Below, piece after piece: positions 1-12,361 of a stretch of 64,000 bases of DNA. The DNA lies in the NCBI GenBank assembly GCA_963729715.1, contig CAVSPA010000004.1, forward strand, positions 1 to 64,000, read 5' to 3'. The notes beneath the pieces are model-generated. The model did not search any database. It saw only the letters and a list, made by a program, of their open reading frames with translations, and was not told the DNA's origin. How positions within the stretch are numbered: the first letter of the stretch is position 1; each line of letters begins with the position of its first letter. The stretch is from an uncultured delta proteobacterium. GTDB lineage: Bacteria > Desulfobacterota > Syntrophia > Syntrophales > UBA2185. The position numbers and the translations under genes were made by a program.

Positions 1-383
1 AAAGACGATATCGATGATATCATCGGCAGTGCCGCCCAGAGGTTCAGTGTTGACTCTGACTTGATAAGGGAAATGATAAAAGCGGAGAGCAATTTCAATC
101 GGAACAGCACATCACCCAAAGGAGCCATGGGGCTTATGCAGCTCATGCCGGAAACTGCCAGAGATCTTGGCGTCAAAATTCCCTACGACCCTTATGATAA
201 TGTCATGGGAGGGACACGCTATTTGAAAGGCCTTCTCGATCGATATGACGGCGATGTCGATCGTGCACTTGCTGCGATAACTGGGGTATGGGAAATGTGG
301 AGCGAAATCCGGGCAAACTACCGAAGGAAACCAGAACGTATATATCACGTATCAGGCAGTATTACTTTGATGCAAAGGCTTAG
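1..383 (+). CDS. Lytic transglycosylase, SLT domain (5'-truncated by window; 1-nt frameshift near 277)
   Basis: Frame open from base 1; IKAESNFN, SPKGAMGLMQLMP and NVMGGTRYL motifs. Adding one T at ~277 restores AAYNWG...LPKETRTYISRI, ending at TAG 381-383. Confidence 0.85.
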
Positions 384-424
384 TCAGAGCGAGTAAGACG
401 TATGACGCATCTTTCCCGCCGCTT

Positions 425-1752
425 TCAAGATAAACTAAGATCAGTACCCTGCCTTTCTTTCCAATCCCTCAGAGCCTTGAGTGAGCGCTCCGCATAGTAC
501 TGCCCTCTGTCTTTCTTGAGTGCTTTCTCTGTAAGAGGCGGGAATTGCCGAAATTGATATTCATGGGCTGAAAATTTTTTTGATCTGCATGAATGATATA
601 GTGCAGTATAGAGCCCAGCGCTGTTGTTGCGGGTGGCGGCGTCATAGTCCGGCCGGAAAGACGACACGAGACGTTCAGTCCGGCCATAAGACCGATTGCT
701 GCGGATTCTACGTATCCTTCCCCCGTAATCTGACCGGCGAAAAAGACATTATCCTTCGTCCGCAATTGAAGCGATTCTCTGAGGAGCGCGGGTGAGTTGA
801 TGAACGTATTGCGGTGGATGCTCCCGTATCTTGCAAACTCTGTATTTTCCAGTCCCGGAATCATTCTCAATATGCGACGCTGTTCCGACCAGGTTAGCTT
901 TGTCTGAAATCCCACCATATTGAAGAGTCTGCAGCCCTCATCTTCCTGCCGCAATTGCACCACTGCGTAAGGCTCCTTGCCTGTCTTTGGGTCTAACAGT
1001 CCCACCGGCTTCATCGGTCCGAACGCCAGCGTATTTTTTCCGCTTCGGGCAAGAACTTCAATGGGGAGACACCCACTGAAGAATTTCAATTGTTCAAACG
1101 GTTTCAGGGGGACTTCTTCTCCTTCTATCAATGCGTGCCAAAACTGCTCATATTCTGCCCTTTCCATGGGGCAATTCAGATAATCGCCTTCTCCTTCGTC
1201 ATACCTTGATGCCCGGAATACTTTTGTATAATCTATGGAGTCCCCGTTAATTATCGGGGAGATGGCATCGTAAAAGTAGATGTAGTCGCTGCCGGTAAGT
1301 TCTGCAATACTCTTGGCAAAGGCATGAGACGTGAGAGGTCCTGTAGCGATAACTACCATATGGTCGTCGGGGATCTCCTCGAATTCCTTCCTGATGATGG
1401 TAAGCCTCTCCTGCGAAAGAAGCCTCTCTTCCACATACATGGAAAAACGTGCCCGGTCCACGGCGAGGGCCCTGCCTGCAGGAACAGCCGTTCTATCCGC
1501 CGCCTCTATGATGAGAGAGTTCATGATACGCATCTCTTCCTTGAGGAGACCCACAGCGTTCCCCGGCATGTTAGACCGAAGTGAATTGCTGCATACCAAT
1601 TCTGCCAGGTGGGGTGATTTGTGGGCGGGAGAGAAAACCTCCGGTTTCATTTCATAGATGACAACCGACCGACCCCTGATTAATAACTGCCACGCTGCCT
1701 CACAGCCGGCAAGGCCGCCGCCGATAACAATGATGGGTTTGTCAGGGGGCAT
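425..1752 (-). CDS. trmFO: Folate/FAD-dependent tRNA (uracil-5-)-methyltransferase TrmFO/Gid (frameshift near 545)
   Basis: IGGGLAGCEAAWQ, ELVCSNS, YFYDAISP, VGFQTKL, HRNTFINSP and QPMNINFG motifs; C-terminus continues in the 425..667 frame. Confidence 0.93.
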
Positions 1753-1757
1753 CTCTA

Positions 1758-4000
1758 TTATATGGGGGCTTTGTATCGGCAATCCGCGGCACGGCAGGCC
1801 TTATGACTGCCTCCTCGCGGAGTGCGCTTTTCGACGAGAAAAGGTGCGCCGCACTGGGGACATGGCTCTGATACGGGTCTATCCCATATGGCAAATGTAC
1901 AGGTAGGATAGTTGGTGCAACTGAAAAATACTTTTCCTTTCTTCGTTCTTTTTTCGCAGATTTTCCCGTGCATTCCTTTTCCGGGCAATCTATGCCGAGG
2001 TTGATGGGCATAGTATTCTTGCATTCCGGATATCCGGAGCATCCCAAAAACTTTCCAAACCTTCCCTCCTTGATGACCATGCCTTTACCGCAGTGACTGC
2101 AAACCGTGTCGGTGGACAGGGTCTCAGCGGGACTTGCATTTTCCTGGTTGCTCTCGGGGACATTCATTGTATTCTTGCAGGCAGGGTAGTTGGAACAGGC
2201 GATAAACCTGCCCCTCTTGCCCCATTTTATAATCATCGGACTTTGACACTTGTCGCATATAATATCTGTTGGTGTTTCTTCCTTCTTGATATTTCTCATA
2301 TGCAACTCGGCATTCTTAAGCTCTTTTTCAAAAGAGGAATAGAAATCATTCAATGTGTCAAACTTCTGCGTCTTTCCCTCTTCGATCAGATCCAATTTAT
2401 TTTCCAGAGATGCCGTAAATTCGACGTCGAGTATCTTGGGAAAATTTTTCACCAACAATTCCGTAACGAGCGTTCCCAACTCCGTTGGGATAAACCTTCC
2501 TTTTTCCAGACGTACATACTCTCTGTCCTGGATAGTGCTAAGAATGTTCGCGTACGTGCTGGGTCTGCCAATACCGTTTTCTTCCAGTTCTCTTACGAGG
2601 GAGGCTTCTGTAAATCGGGGCGGAGGTTGAGTAAATTTCTGTTCCGGCTTCAAAGAAATAAGGTTGAGTGTTTCGCCTACCGAGACATCGGGAAGGGACT
2701 TACTGAAATCGTCATCGCCCTCGCCGTTTTCTTTGCCTTCCGTATAGACAATCGTGTATCCGGGGAATTTCATCACCGATCCCTGCGCGCGGAAGAGGTA
2801 TCTCCCTGCTTCCGTATCGATTGTCGTCTGATCAAGTACGGCGGGATTCATCTGGCTTGCCGTGAAGCGGTTCCATATCAGCTGGTAGAGGCGAAATTCA
2901 TCGTTGCTCAAGTATGTCTTTATATCCTGGGGTCTATAAGCCATGGAGGATGGTCGTATCGCTTCATGGGCATCCTGGGCAGTTGCAGAATTCTTGAATG
3001 TCCTTGGCTTGGGAGGCAGGAAAGCGGAGTCATAATTTTCCCCTATATATTTTCGCACGTCGCTGATCGCTTCTTCAGCAGTACGGAGAGAATCGGTTCT
3101 CATGTATGTAATCATCCCAACCGGGCCTTCTGGGCCTAACTCTATTCCTTCATAGAGCTTCTGAGCAACGCTCATGGTTTTTTTTGCAGAGAAGCGAAGC
3201 CATCGCGAGGCTTCCTGCTGCAGTTTGCTTGTCGTAAAGGGCGGCAGCGGAGACCGCTTTATCTCTTTCTTTTCCTGCTTTGCAACAATAAAGGGAACTG
3301 CTTTCAGGTATTCCAGAATTTCTGACGATTGGGATTCATTGACTATCTGTGACTTTTTGCCATCGGCCCTAATAAGTCGAGCCTCAAAGGGAGGGGGATT
3401 CTTTCCTTCCAGTTGCGCCGTGATGTGCCAGTATTCCTGCGAGACGAATTTCCGGATTTCTTCTTCCCTGTCGCAGATAATTCTCACTGCAACAGACTGC
3501 ACCCGGCCGGCGCTTAAACCACGCTTCACCTTATCCCATAGGATAGGACTGATCTTATATCCCACCAACCGGTCGAGGATGCGCCGCGTCTGTTGGGCCT
3601 CGTACTTGTTTACGTCCAGTTCCAGCGGGTTGTTCATTGCTTCGAGGACTGTTTTTTTCGTGAGATCATTGAAGAGAATCCTGTGGATGTCCTTGTTCTT
3701 CGTCCCTATCTCTTCGGCAATATGCCAGGCTATGGCTTCGCCTTCCCTGTCCGGGTCAGGCGCTAGGTAGATGTGTTCCGCGTCCTTTGCCGCTTTCTTC
3801 AGATTGGTAACGACCTTTTTCTTTGACTCAATGACGGTCAATGTAGTCTCAAAATGTTTTTCCGGATCTATACCGAGCTTGCTCTTGGGGAGGTCCTTAA
3901 TGTGTCCCATGGAGGCATGGACTTCATAATTCGAGCCAAGGAACTTTCTAATAGTTTTTACCTTTGTAGGCGATTCAACAATAATGAGGGAATGCGGCAT
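1758..4000 (-). CDS. topA: DNA topoisomerase I (homopolymer frameshift near 1965, in last zinc ribbon)
   Basis: LIIVESPTK, DPDREGEAIAWH, SAGRVQS, ITYMRTDS, AQDAHEAIRP, GIGRPSTY, C-terminal C4 zinc ribbons; tail lies in ORF 1758..2042. Confidence 0.96.
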
Positions 4001-4002
4001 GA

Positions 4003-5106
4003 CTACTCCTTAACCATAAACTTTTTTCTAGGGAGTTGCTTGATAATCCCTCTTAGCTCCAGAGTCAACAAAATATTTAACGCTTCGTTTAATTTTAACC
4101 CTGTAGCAGCGATTATACTGTCAATATCTAAGGCTTTTGGGGATATACTTTTCAATATGGACTGTTCTGTATCGGTTAATCCATGAGAGGCCGTTATTCG
4201 TTCAGGTTTTTTCTCTTTGGCGTCATCCGGCTTCAACATTCTTTCTTGTTGAGGCGAGTCTTTGGAACGCATTTCCAGCTGCGGGAGGATCTCATCCAGA
4301 ATATCATAGACATTTTCCATGAGGTTTGCCCCCTGTTTGATTAATTTAAGGGTTCCCCGAGATCCTGCTGAATCGATGCTGCCCGGTACGGCGAACACTT
4401 CTCGCTCCTGTTCGAGCGCCAGTTTTGCTGTGATAAGAGATCCGCTCTTTTCGTTAGCTTCAACTACAACAACGCCGAGAGAGATACCGCTGATTATCCT
4501 ATTTCTTGCCGGGAAATTCGATCCGCTGGGCGGCGTACCGAAAGGGTATTCGGCGATACGGCGCCTTTGGCGACAATTTCCTCACAGAGTTCCTGATTCT
4601 CGGGAGGATAGATTGTATCGAGGCCGCAGCCAAAGACGGCAATGGTTCTGCCCCTGCCTGTGAGGGCGCTTTTATGCGCGGCCTAGTCAACTCCCCTGGC
4701 CAAGCCGCTCCGCGGAAAATTTGCCATACGTGCTCGCCATTCAGGAACCGACGACAGCGATGTTTACGTCGTCTTCTTTAAAATGTCCCTTGGTGTACAG
4801 AAAGGGAGGAAAATCATAGATATTTAAAAGGCTTCTTGGATATAAGGAATCCTGATATGTGATTAGATGGGCATCATATTTTTTGAGGAGGTCCAGTTCC
4901 TCTTCTGTCTTATGCCAGCCGTTAAAGTCTTTAACATTTCCGGCTGTCTTGGGCCCAATTTCCGGAATGGCCGTAAGGCTCTGAAGAGAAGCACTGAATA
5001 CTTTCTTGGGATGACCTAAGGCATCAACCAGGTTCTTGAAGCCGAGAATTCCTACTCCATCGATGGATTTTAATGCCATCCAGTATTTCCGGTCGTTCGC
5101 GATCAT
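4003..5106 (-). pseudogene. dprA: DNA-processing protein DprA, disrupted
   Basis: Fragments read [73 protein letters not shown], plus a C-terminal winged helix; two in-frame stops, a deletion and frameshifts. Confidence 0.9.
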
Positions 5107-5261
5107 ATCTTAGGATGTGTGTTCCGTTTGGCGATAAGAATTAAGGAAAGTCGCAGATAGTGGTCAAAATATACCGGATATCAAAAATGTGTCAAGCGAT
5201 TTCATTGTTAAAAACCGTTGCGTTCTCACAATCTTTGGGTTAGAAAACAGCAGATTTTCTT

Positions 5262-6977
5262 ATGGAGTTGTTTATGGCCCGCCGCATGTCTTTGCTTATT
5301 ATTCTGTCTGCCGTGCTCATAAATTTATCCGGGGTATGGGCGCTCGACAATTTGCCGGATACAGAAACTAAAAAGAAGGTGACATCTGATCAGGGAAGGA
5401 CGAATGGGGAAAGCCCCGTCCTGAATATTTCGCCGAGAGAAATAGATCTCGGCGTCATTGGTCCGGATGAAGGTGTCAAGGGCGTTTTTGTTCTTAAAAA
5501 TGTCGGTTCAGGTTCATTGAATTGGCATGCAGATGGGTCGGAAGGGTGGTCATTACTCGATGAGAAGAAATTGTCGGGTGTATTGAAAAACGACATGGAA
5601 AATATCCAGGTTCACGTCAGTTTTCTAAAGAAGACTCTGAACTCAAATGGCGCCGAGACTACGGGGAAGAACCTGATTCAAATGAGTCTTGAAGCGGGCA
5701 ACCGTATCAACATTTATCGCAAGAATCTGCCATACGGTAATTACAGGGAGGCATTGACATTTGCGTCAAACGGAGGAACGAGGACCGTATTCATAAGGTT
5801 TGAATTGGCTTCCCGAGATGTAGAACCTAAGATTGATGTGGATCCTGCGAGGATCGATTTTGGAGCCGTCAAGCCGGGAGATTATGCAAGCAGGAGGCTA
5901 AAAGTTACAAACAAAGGTCAGGAAATACTGCGATGGCAAGCATCAGTCAAAAGCAATGTCAAAGATACATCCCCTGAAGCCGGCAGATATAGCTCGTTCT
6001 TTAACGGAGACATCAAGGGAAGCGGTGTTTATGCGCCGCCGTCTCATTTAAATGATATTATGGATATGACGGGCAAATGGGTCGAGAACAATGGCCTTCC
6101 CGCGAGCTCGACGGCATCCAGCTCCATACGATATCGTTTTTGGGGATCAGGGATAACAGTATTTTTATTGGTGGAAAACGGTGAGGAAGGCATAGCCTTC
6201 CATGTAGACGACAAGCATGGAGTAGAACCTGATTGCCATGAAGGACAAAAAGAAACGATGGAATGCGTGGCTGCCGGGGGCCTTCCGCATGGGCAGCATG
6301 TCCTTACCATCATCAACAAAAACGGCAGCGTGGTTGTTCAGGGCGTGAGAATTTACAGCAGGGATGTGAAGAAGGGAACCCCGGGCTTGATAAGCATATT
6401 TCCGGATTCAGGTGATACGACAAGGCAAATAGATTATGTCAATGTCATAGTGAATGCAAAACAGCGTACTCCGGGCTTTTATGATGAAAATATAATTTTC
6501 AATTCCAACGGCGGGAAAGCGGTCATTGAGGTATCCCTTGAAATATCGGCAGACAATAAAATCACGAGGGCTGTGGATGTTTATCGCTACGCGGCAGGGA
6601 GTGATTATTTATACACATCAAATCCTGAGGCGGAAGCAAATATAATTCACGCTAAAGCATATAAGAAACAGGGCATCGCATACAGACTGTTCGCTCAAGG
6701 AACGCCCGGGACAACACCCTTTCATAGATGGTATAATGCCGAGAAGAATGACCATTTCTACTCTTACGACATGCATGGAGACGGAAGATCCCTGAAGGGC
6801 TATGCATACCAAAGTGTCATCGGAAACATAGCGACCTCCAGGCTGACAAATACGAGAGAACTGTATCGCTGGTATAATCATTCGTCGGGCCGCCACTTTT
6901 ATTCTACCGATCCGAACGGGGAAGGCGTCAGCAAAAAGGGTTATCGCTTTGATGGTATTGCCGGATATGTGAGATAG
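5262..6977 (+). CDS. Secreted protein with Ig-like (BACON/ASPM-like) domains and C-terminal DUF5648-like repeats
   Basis: Signal peptide; repeated IDLG/IDFG...LKNxG...L.W and F.SNGG motifs; three C-terminal YRxY...HFYS/T...GY..GIA repeats. Confidence 0.6.
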   Translation: MELFMARRMSLLIILSAVLINLSGVWALDNLPDTETKKKVTSDQGRTNGESPVLNISPREIDLGVIGPDEGVKGVFVLKNVGSGSLNWHADGSEGWSLLDEKKLSGVLKNDMENIQVHVSFLKKTLNSNGAETTGKNLIQMSLEAGNRINIYRKNLPYGNYREALTFASNGGTRTVFIRFELASRDVEPKIDVDPARIDFGAVKPGDYASRRLKVTNKGQEILRWQASVKSNVKDTSPEAGRYSSFFNGDIKGSGVYAPPSHLNDIMDMTGKWVENNGLPASSTASSSIRYRFWGSGITVFLLVENGEEGIAFHVDDKHGVEPDCHEGQKETMECVAAGGLPHGQHVLTIINKNGSVVVQGVRIYSRDVKKGTPGLISIFPDSGDTTRQIDYVNVIVNAKQRTPGFYDENIIFNSNGGKAVIEVSLEISADNKITRAVDVYRYAAGSDYLYTSNPEAEANIIHAKAYKKQGIAYRLFAQGTPGTTPFHRWYNAEKNDHFYSYDMHGDGRSLKGYAYQSVIGNIATSRLTNTRELYRWYNHSSGRHFYSTDPNGEGVSKKGYRFDGIAGYVR

Positions 6978-7017
6978 AATACATACATTTTGTCCTTGCT
7001 TATGGACAGCATTTAGC

Positions 7018-7046
7018 TTGACAAAATTTTTCAAAGGGGTTATTAG
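7018..7046 (+). promoter_or_regulatory. Putative sigma70 promoter of the tRNA cluster
   Basis: TTGACA-17 nt-TATTAG, 36 nt upstream of the first tRNA. Confidence 0.55.
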
Positions 7047-7082
7047 CTTCAACCTTGTACGGTTTAGATATTGCTGTATTAT

Positions 7083-7159
<77 letters not shown>

Positions 7160-7168
7160 GAGATAAAT

Positions 7169-7246
7169 GGTGGGTGTAGCTCAGGTGGTTAGAGTGCCGG
7201 GTTGTGGCCCCGGAGGTCGAGGGTTCGAATCCCTTCACTCACCCCA
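7169..7246 (+). tRNA. tRNA-His(GTG)
   Basis: G-1, anticodon arm CCGGG-TT-GTG-GC-CCCGG, T-loop, CCA. Confidence 0.95.
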
Positions 7247-7276
7247 TTTCTAATACGATCGTAGAGATGAATAAAA

Positions 7277-7353
7277 GCGCCCGTAGCTCAGATGGATAGA
7301 GTGGCAGACTTCGAATCTGTTGGTCGTACGTTCAAGTCGTACCGGGCGCGCCA
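7277..7353 (+). tRNA. tRNA-Arg(TCG)
   Basis: Anticodon arm GCAGA-CT-TCG-AA-TCTGT, GTTCAAG T-loop, CCA. Confidence 0.95.
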
Positions 7354-7392
7354 GATTATTGGATTATTTGTGAATCTTTGAAAAAAACGTGT

Positions 7393-7468
7393 GGGCCCTT
7401 AGCTCAGCAGGTAGAGCAACTGACTCTTAATCAGTAGGTTGTCGGTTCGATCCCGACAGGGCTCACCA
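7393..7468 (+). tRNA. tRNA-Lys(CTT); integration site of the island
   Basis: Anticodon arm ACTGA-CT-CTT-AA-TCAGT, GGTTCGATCCC, CCA. Confidence 0.96.
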
Positions 7469-7474
7469 GATATC

Positions 7475-7505
7475 AAGGGGTTAGCGATTTCGCTAACCCC
7501 TTTTT
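7475..7505 (+). terminator. Rho-independent terminator after tRNA-Lys
   Basis: AAGGGGTTAGCG-ATTT-CGCTAACCCCTT followed by T run. Confidence 0.9.
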
Positions 7506-7509
7506 GTTG

Positions 7510-9407
<1,898 letters not shown>

Positions 9408-9440
9408 ACTATATTGACCATTATTGACTACGAAATTTTT

Positions 9441-9611
9441 GAACGTATCACCCATCACTGCGAGATCATCGAAACCGGGAACGACTCCTGGAGAATGAAA
9501 CACAGGTCCTCCTGAAACGATTGCTCAGGAAGGTTTAACAGAAAACTTCTTTACGGGGGGTGGGTCAAAATTGGATGCCTATGATGGGTCAATTTTCAAT
9601 GCCGATTGACA
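9441..9611 (+). mobile_element. IS21-family right-end remnant (istB 3' end and terminal repeats)
   Basis: 9441-9515 reads ERITHHCEIIETGNDSWRMKHRSS*, matching an IstB C-terminus; followed by tandem GGGTCAAAATTGGATGCC / GGGTCAATTTTCAATGCCGATTGACA ending in CA. Confidence 0.8.
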
Positions 9612-9897
9612 TCACCTTACTTTCCGTAATCTTCAGTTCTTATATTCGTCCGCTGCTGAACTGTTGTAGGTGGAGGACACAATAATAACCACCGATCTAC
9701 CATAGGAAAATTATTTAAAGCTTTTCCCACTGTGTAATCCCTGTAACAAAGCATCCTGCGATTTAGACAAACGTCCATCCTTTCAAATGATAATCTAGTC
9801 GAATTTGTTTCAATTGACATTATCCTTTTTAGATACTATCACTTTTCAGATACACGCAAAATCAAAATTAGTTTTAAGTATTTTTTGACATCATTTT

Positions 9898-11118
9898 ATG
9901 AGTGAACTTTCTCCTGTTTTATTCAGTGCCGTAATGATTTCGATTTTGGGTGCGATCGAAATCTTCCTGATCTGGTCCCTTAACCGTCTCTGGTGGAAAA
10001 AGAGATGGATACGGAACTCGGCGATCTGTCTGCCGGTTAGCGGCATGGGAGGCATCCTTTTCTGGGCACTGGCGGTCGTTGCCAGCCCCGCCGGCTCGCC
10101 TTTACGCTCCATCGGAGCAATTATTACTTCCGTAGTGGTGATTTTCGAACTTGCATTAATGTTTTCTTTGCCCATTTCCGGAATACTGCATCATATCCAT
10201 TTTACCCAGGAATGGTTGAGCAAAAAATTCCGCAGTGCAGACCAACATGAAGCGAATATGAATCGCCGAACTTTTTTAAAAAGTACCGCTGCTGTCGTAC
10301 CGGTATTTACGATCCTGGCGAGCGGAACCGCTGTTGCGAGCTCATTTGCCGCTGTGCGAACGCCGTTGATTCGGTTATCCTACCACAATCTTCCACCAGC
10401 TTTAGAAGGATTTAGAATTCTCCACCTGACCGACATGCATTTAGGATACTATGTTGGGTTACAAGAATTGGAAGCATTTCTTCTTCGGTTGCAGGGACAG
10501 AAGTTCGACTTGATTTTGCTGACGGGTGACATTTCGGATAAATATGAAATTCTTCCACGAACGCTCAAATCGATTTCAGAATTGAAGCCGGCTTATGGAA
10601 CGTTTGCGTCAGTTGGAAATCATGAGTATTATCGGGGAATAAAAGAGGCGCGAAAAATATTTAAAACCAGCCCCATTCCTTTATTGTTGAATCAGGGAGT
10701 CGTCCTTCCCATCCACCAGGCATCGTTATATATTGCCGGCACGGATGATCCTGCATATCTCGGCCGAGATATCAGTACTTTTATGAAAAACACCGTAGAT
10801 CAATCATTAGTGGGAGCTCCTTCGGATGTGTTTCATTTATTAATGAGCCACCGTCCTGATGGTTTCAATCGCGCTGCTGAGTTGGGTGTTCATCTTACTC
10901 TGTCAGGCCACACCCACGGAGGACAGATCGGGTTTAATGGGAGAAGTGCATTTGAATCAATGATGCCTCAACGGTATTTATGGGGACATTATCAAAAAGA
11001 GGGTTCGCAGCTCTATACCTCAGCCGGGTTCGGCCATTGGTTTCCGTTTCGTTTGGGTTGTCCTGCCGAAGCTCCAATTTATGTTTTGACTAAAAACCTT
11101 AGCCCCTCTCAGAGTTAA
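9898..11118 (+). CDS. Membrane-anchored metallophosphoesterase (YkuE/YaeI-like)
   Basis: N-terminal TM helices; DMH, TGD, GNHE, SH and SGHTHGGQ calcineurin-like motifs. Confidence 0.9.
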   Translation: MSELSPVLFSAVMISILGAIEIFLIWSLNRLWWKKRWIRNSAICLPVSGMGGILFWALAVVASPAGSPLRSIGAIITSVVVIFELALMFSLPISGILHHIHFTQEWLSKKFRSADQHEANMNRRTFLKSTAAVVPVFTILASGTAVASSFAAVRTPLIRLSYHNLPPALEGFRILHLTDMHLGYYVGLQELEAFLLRLQGQKFDLILLTGDISDKYEILPRTLKSISELKPAYGTFASVGNHEYYRGIKEARKIFKTSPIPLLLNQGVVLPIHQASLYIAGTDDPAYLGRDISTFMKNTVDQSLVGAPSDVFHLLMSHRPDGFNRAAELGVHLTLSGHTHGGQIGFNGRSAFESMMPQRYLWGHYQKEGSQLYTSAGFGHWFPFRLGCPAEAPIYVLTKNLSPSQS

Positions 11119-11500
11119 TAAACTTCTTTCTTGTCTGAATCAAAACCACTGCAGTTGATGTCGGGTAGATTACTGATAGCTAGTTGTAATCCTTATATGA
11201 ACAATTTCAGTCACGATACCGGGGGTGGTGAGCACAACTTTCTGTAAAGCATCCGGCAATTTTGGAGGGCATACTTTCTTTCAACCGGTATTCAACATCG
11301 ACTAATTGGGATTTGATAAAATTAATGTATTTCAAAGCTCAAAATACGGGAAAGCCTTATATTCATCTGCCACGTCATGCTTATGGAAATCGCCAGCGAT
11401 ACTTGCTATATTTTGTAAGAAAATTGAATTGACATAGAAGAAAAGTTATTTTTACGATATTCAAATAAAGAAGGGATTTCTTACCAATAAAAAGAGGTCC

Positions 11501-12115
11501 ATGATGAGACATTTTAGATTCTTTGCTTTAGTCATCGTGATCGTGACAATTTCCGTGTGGCTTTCCGCCGCTGCCGAGGCAGATTCCAAAGAATCAGTGG
11601 AGCCGTACTTTCAGAAGGTACGGCAGGATTATCTGCAGAAAGATACGAAGGCCGCGGCCGATGAAGTTCGGAAGAGCGCCACCTACGTGAAATCCGAGGC
11701 CTCTGCCGCCAAAGGCAAGGAAGCTCGCACGGCATCCCACCGGGAGCTTGAGAAGCTGTCCGGGGAACTGGAAAAAGGGACCGTTAAGTCGGTGAAAAAA
11801 ATGGAGATGGCGTTTGCCCACACCTACAAGGCCCTCGCAACGAATTCGCATGTGAAGTCAACGGAGGCATGGTCGAAGAAGGAATTCAAGAAGGCGGGAG
11901 ATGAACTTGAGGCGACCGGTGACGAGTTGGAAAAAGGCTTTGCCTGGGGTGGGCAGAAAGCGGACGCCGGCACACAGAAGGTGATCAGTAAATGGAAGGA
12001 GCTATCCCAAAAGCTGAAGGAAGGCGCCGGCTGGGCCTCCGCCGAAGCCAGCAAGACCCTGAAAGACATGGAGGATGAGATCAAGACATTCGGGCGAAGA
12101 ATCTCCCCAAAATAA
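11501..12115 (+). CDS. Secreted alpha-helical hypothetical protein
   Basis: Signal peptide ending AAAEA; Lys/Glu/Ala-rich helical body; AGAGG RBS. Confidence 0.7.
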   Translation: MMRHFRFFALVIVIVTISVWLSAAAEADSKESVEPYFQKVRQDYLQKDTKAAADEVRKSATYVKSEASAAKGKEARTASHRELEKLSGELEKGTVKSVKKMEMAFAHTYKALATNSHVKSTEAWSKKEFKKAGDELEATGDELEKGFAWGGQKADAGTQKVISKWKELSQKLKEGAGWASAEASKTLKDMEDEIKTFGRRISPK

Positions 12116-12361
12116 TAATGAATGAATAGCATGATGCCGGATGGATATTGATAACGGGTTGTAATCTTTATAGGAACAATTTGAGTTGTGGTAGATGGGA
12201 TGGGTGAGTAGAACTTCCTTGTTGTTTCTCTTTCTTCACCTCTCCATAGCATATTTCAAACGGGAAGAGATGGTCGTTGCAGTTTCCTCTTGTTTAGCTA
12301 TAATTGGCAACAGAGTATCTTCTGAGTTCCATGAGACGCGCCGCCTACAGAAAGGGAGACT

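Noticed and set aside
2093..3770. Long plus-strand ORFs opposite topA
   Set aside because: Antisense shadow ORFs with no motifs.
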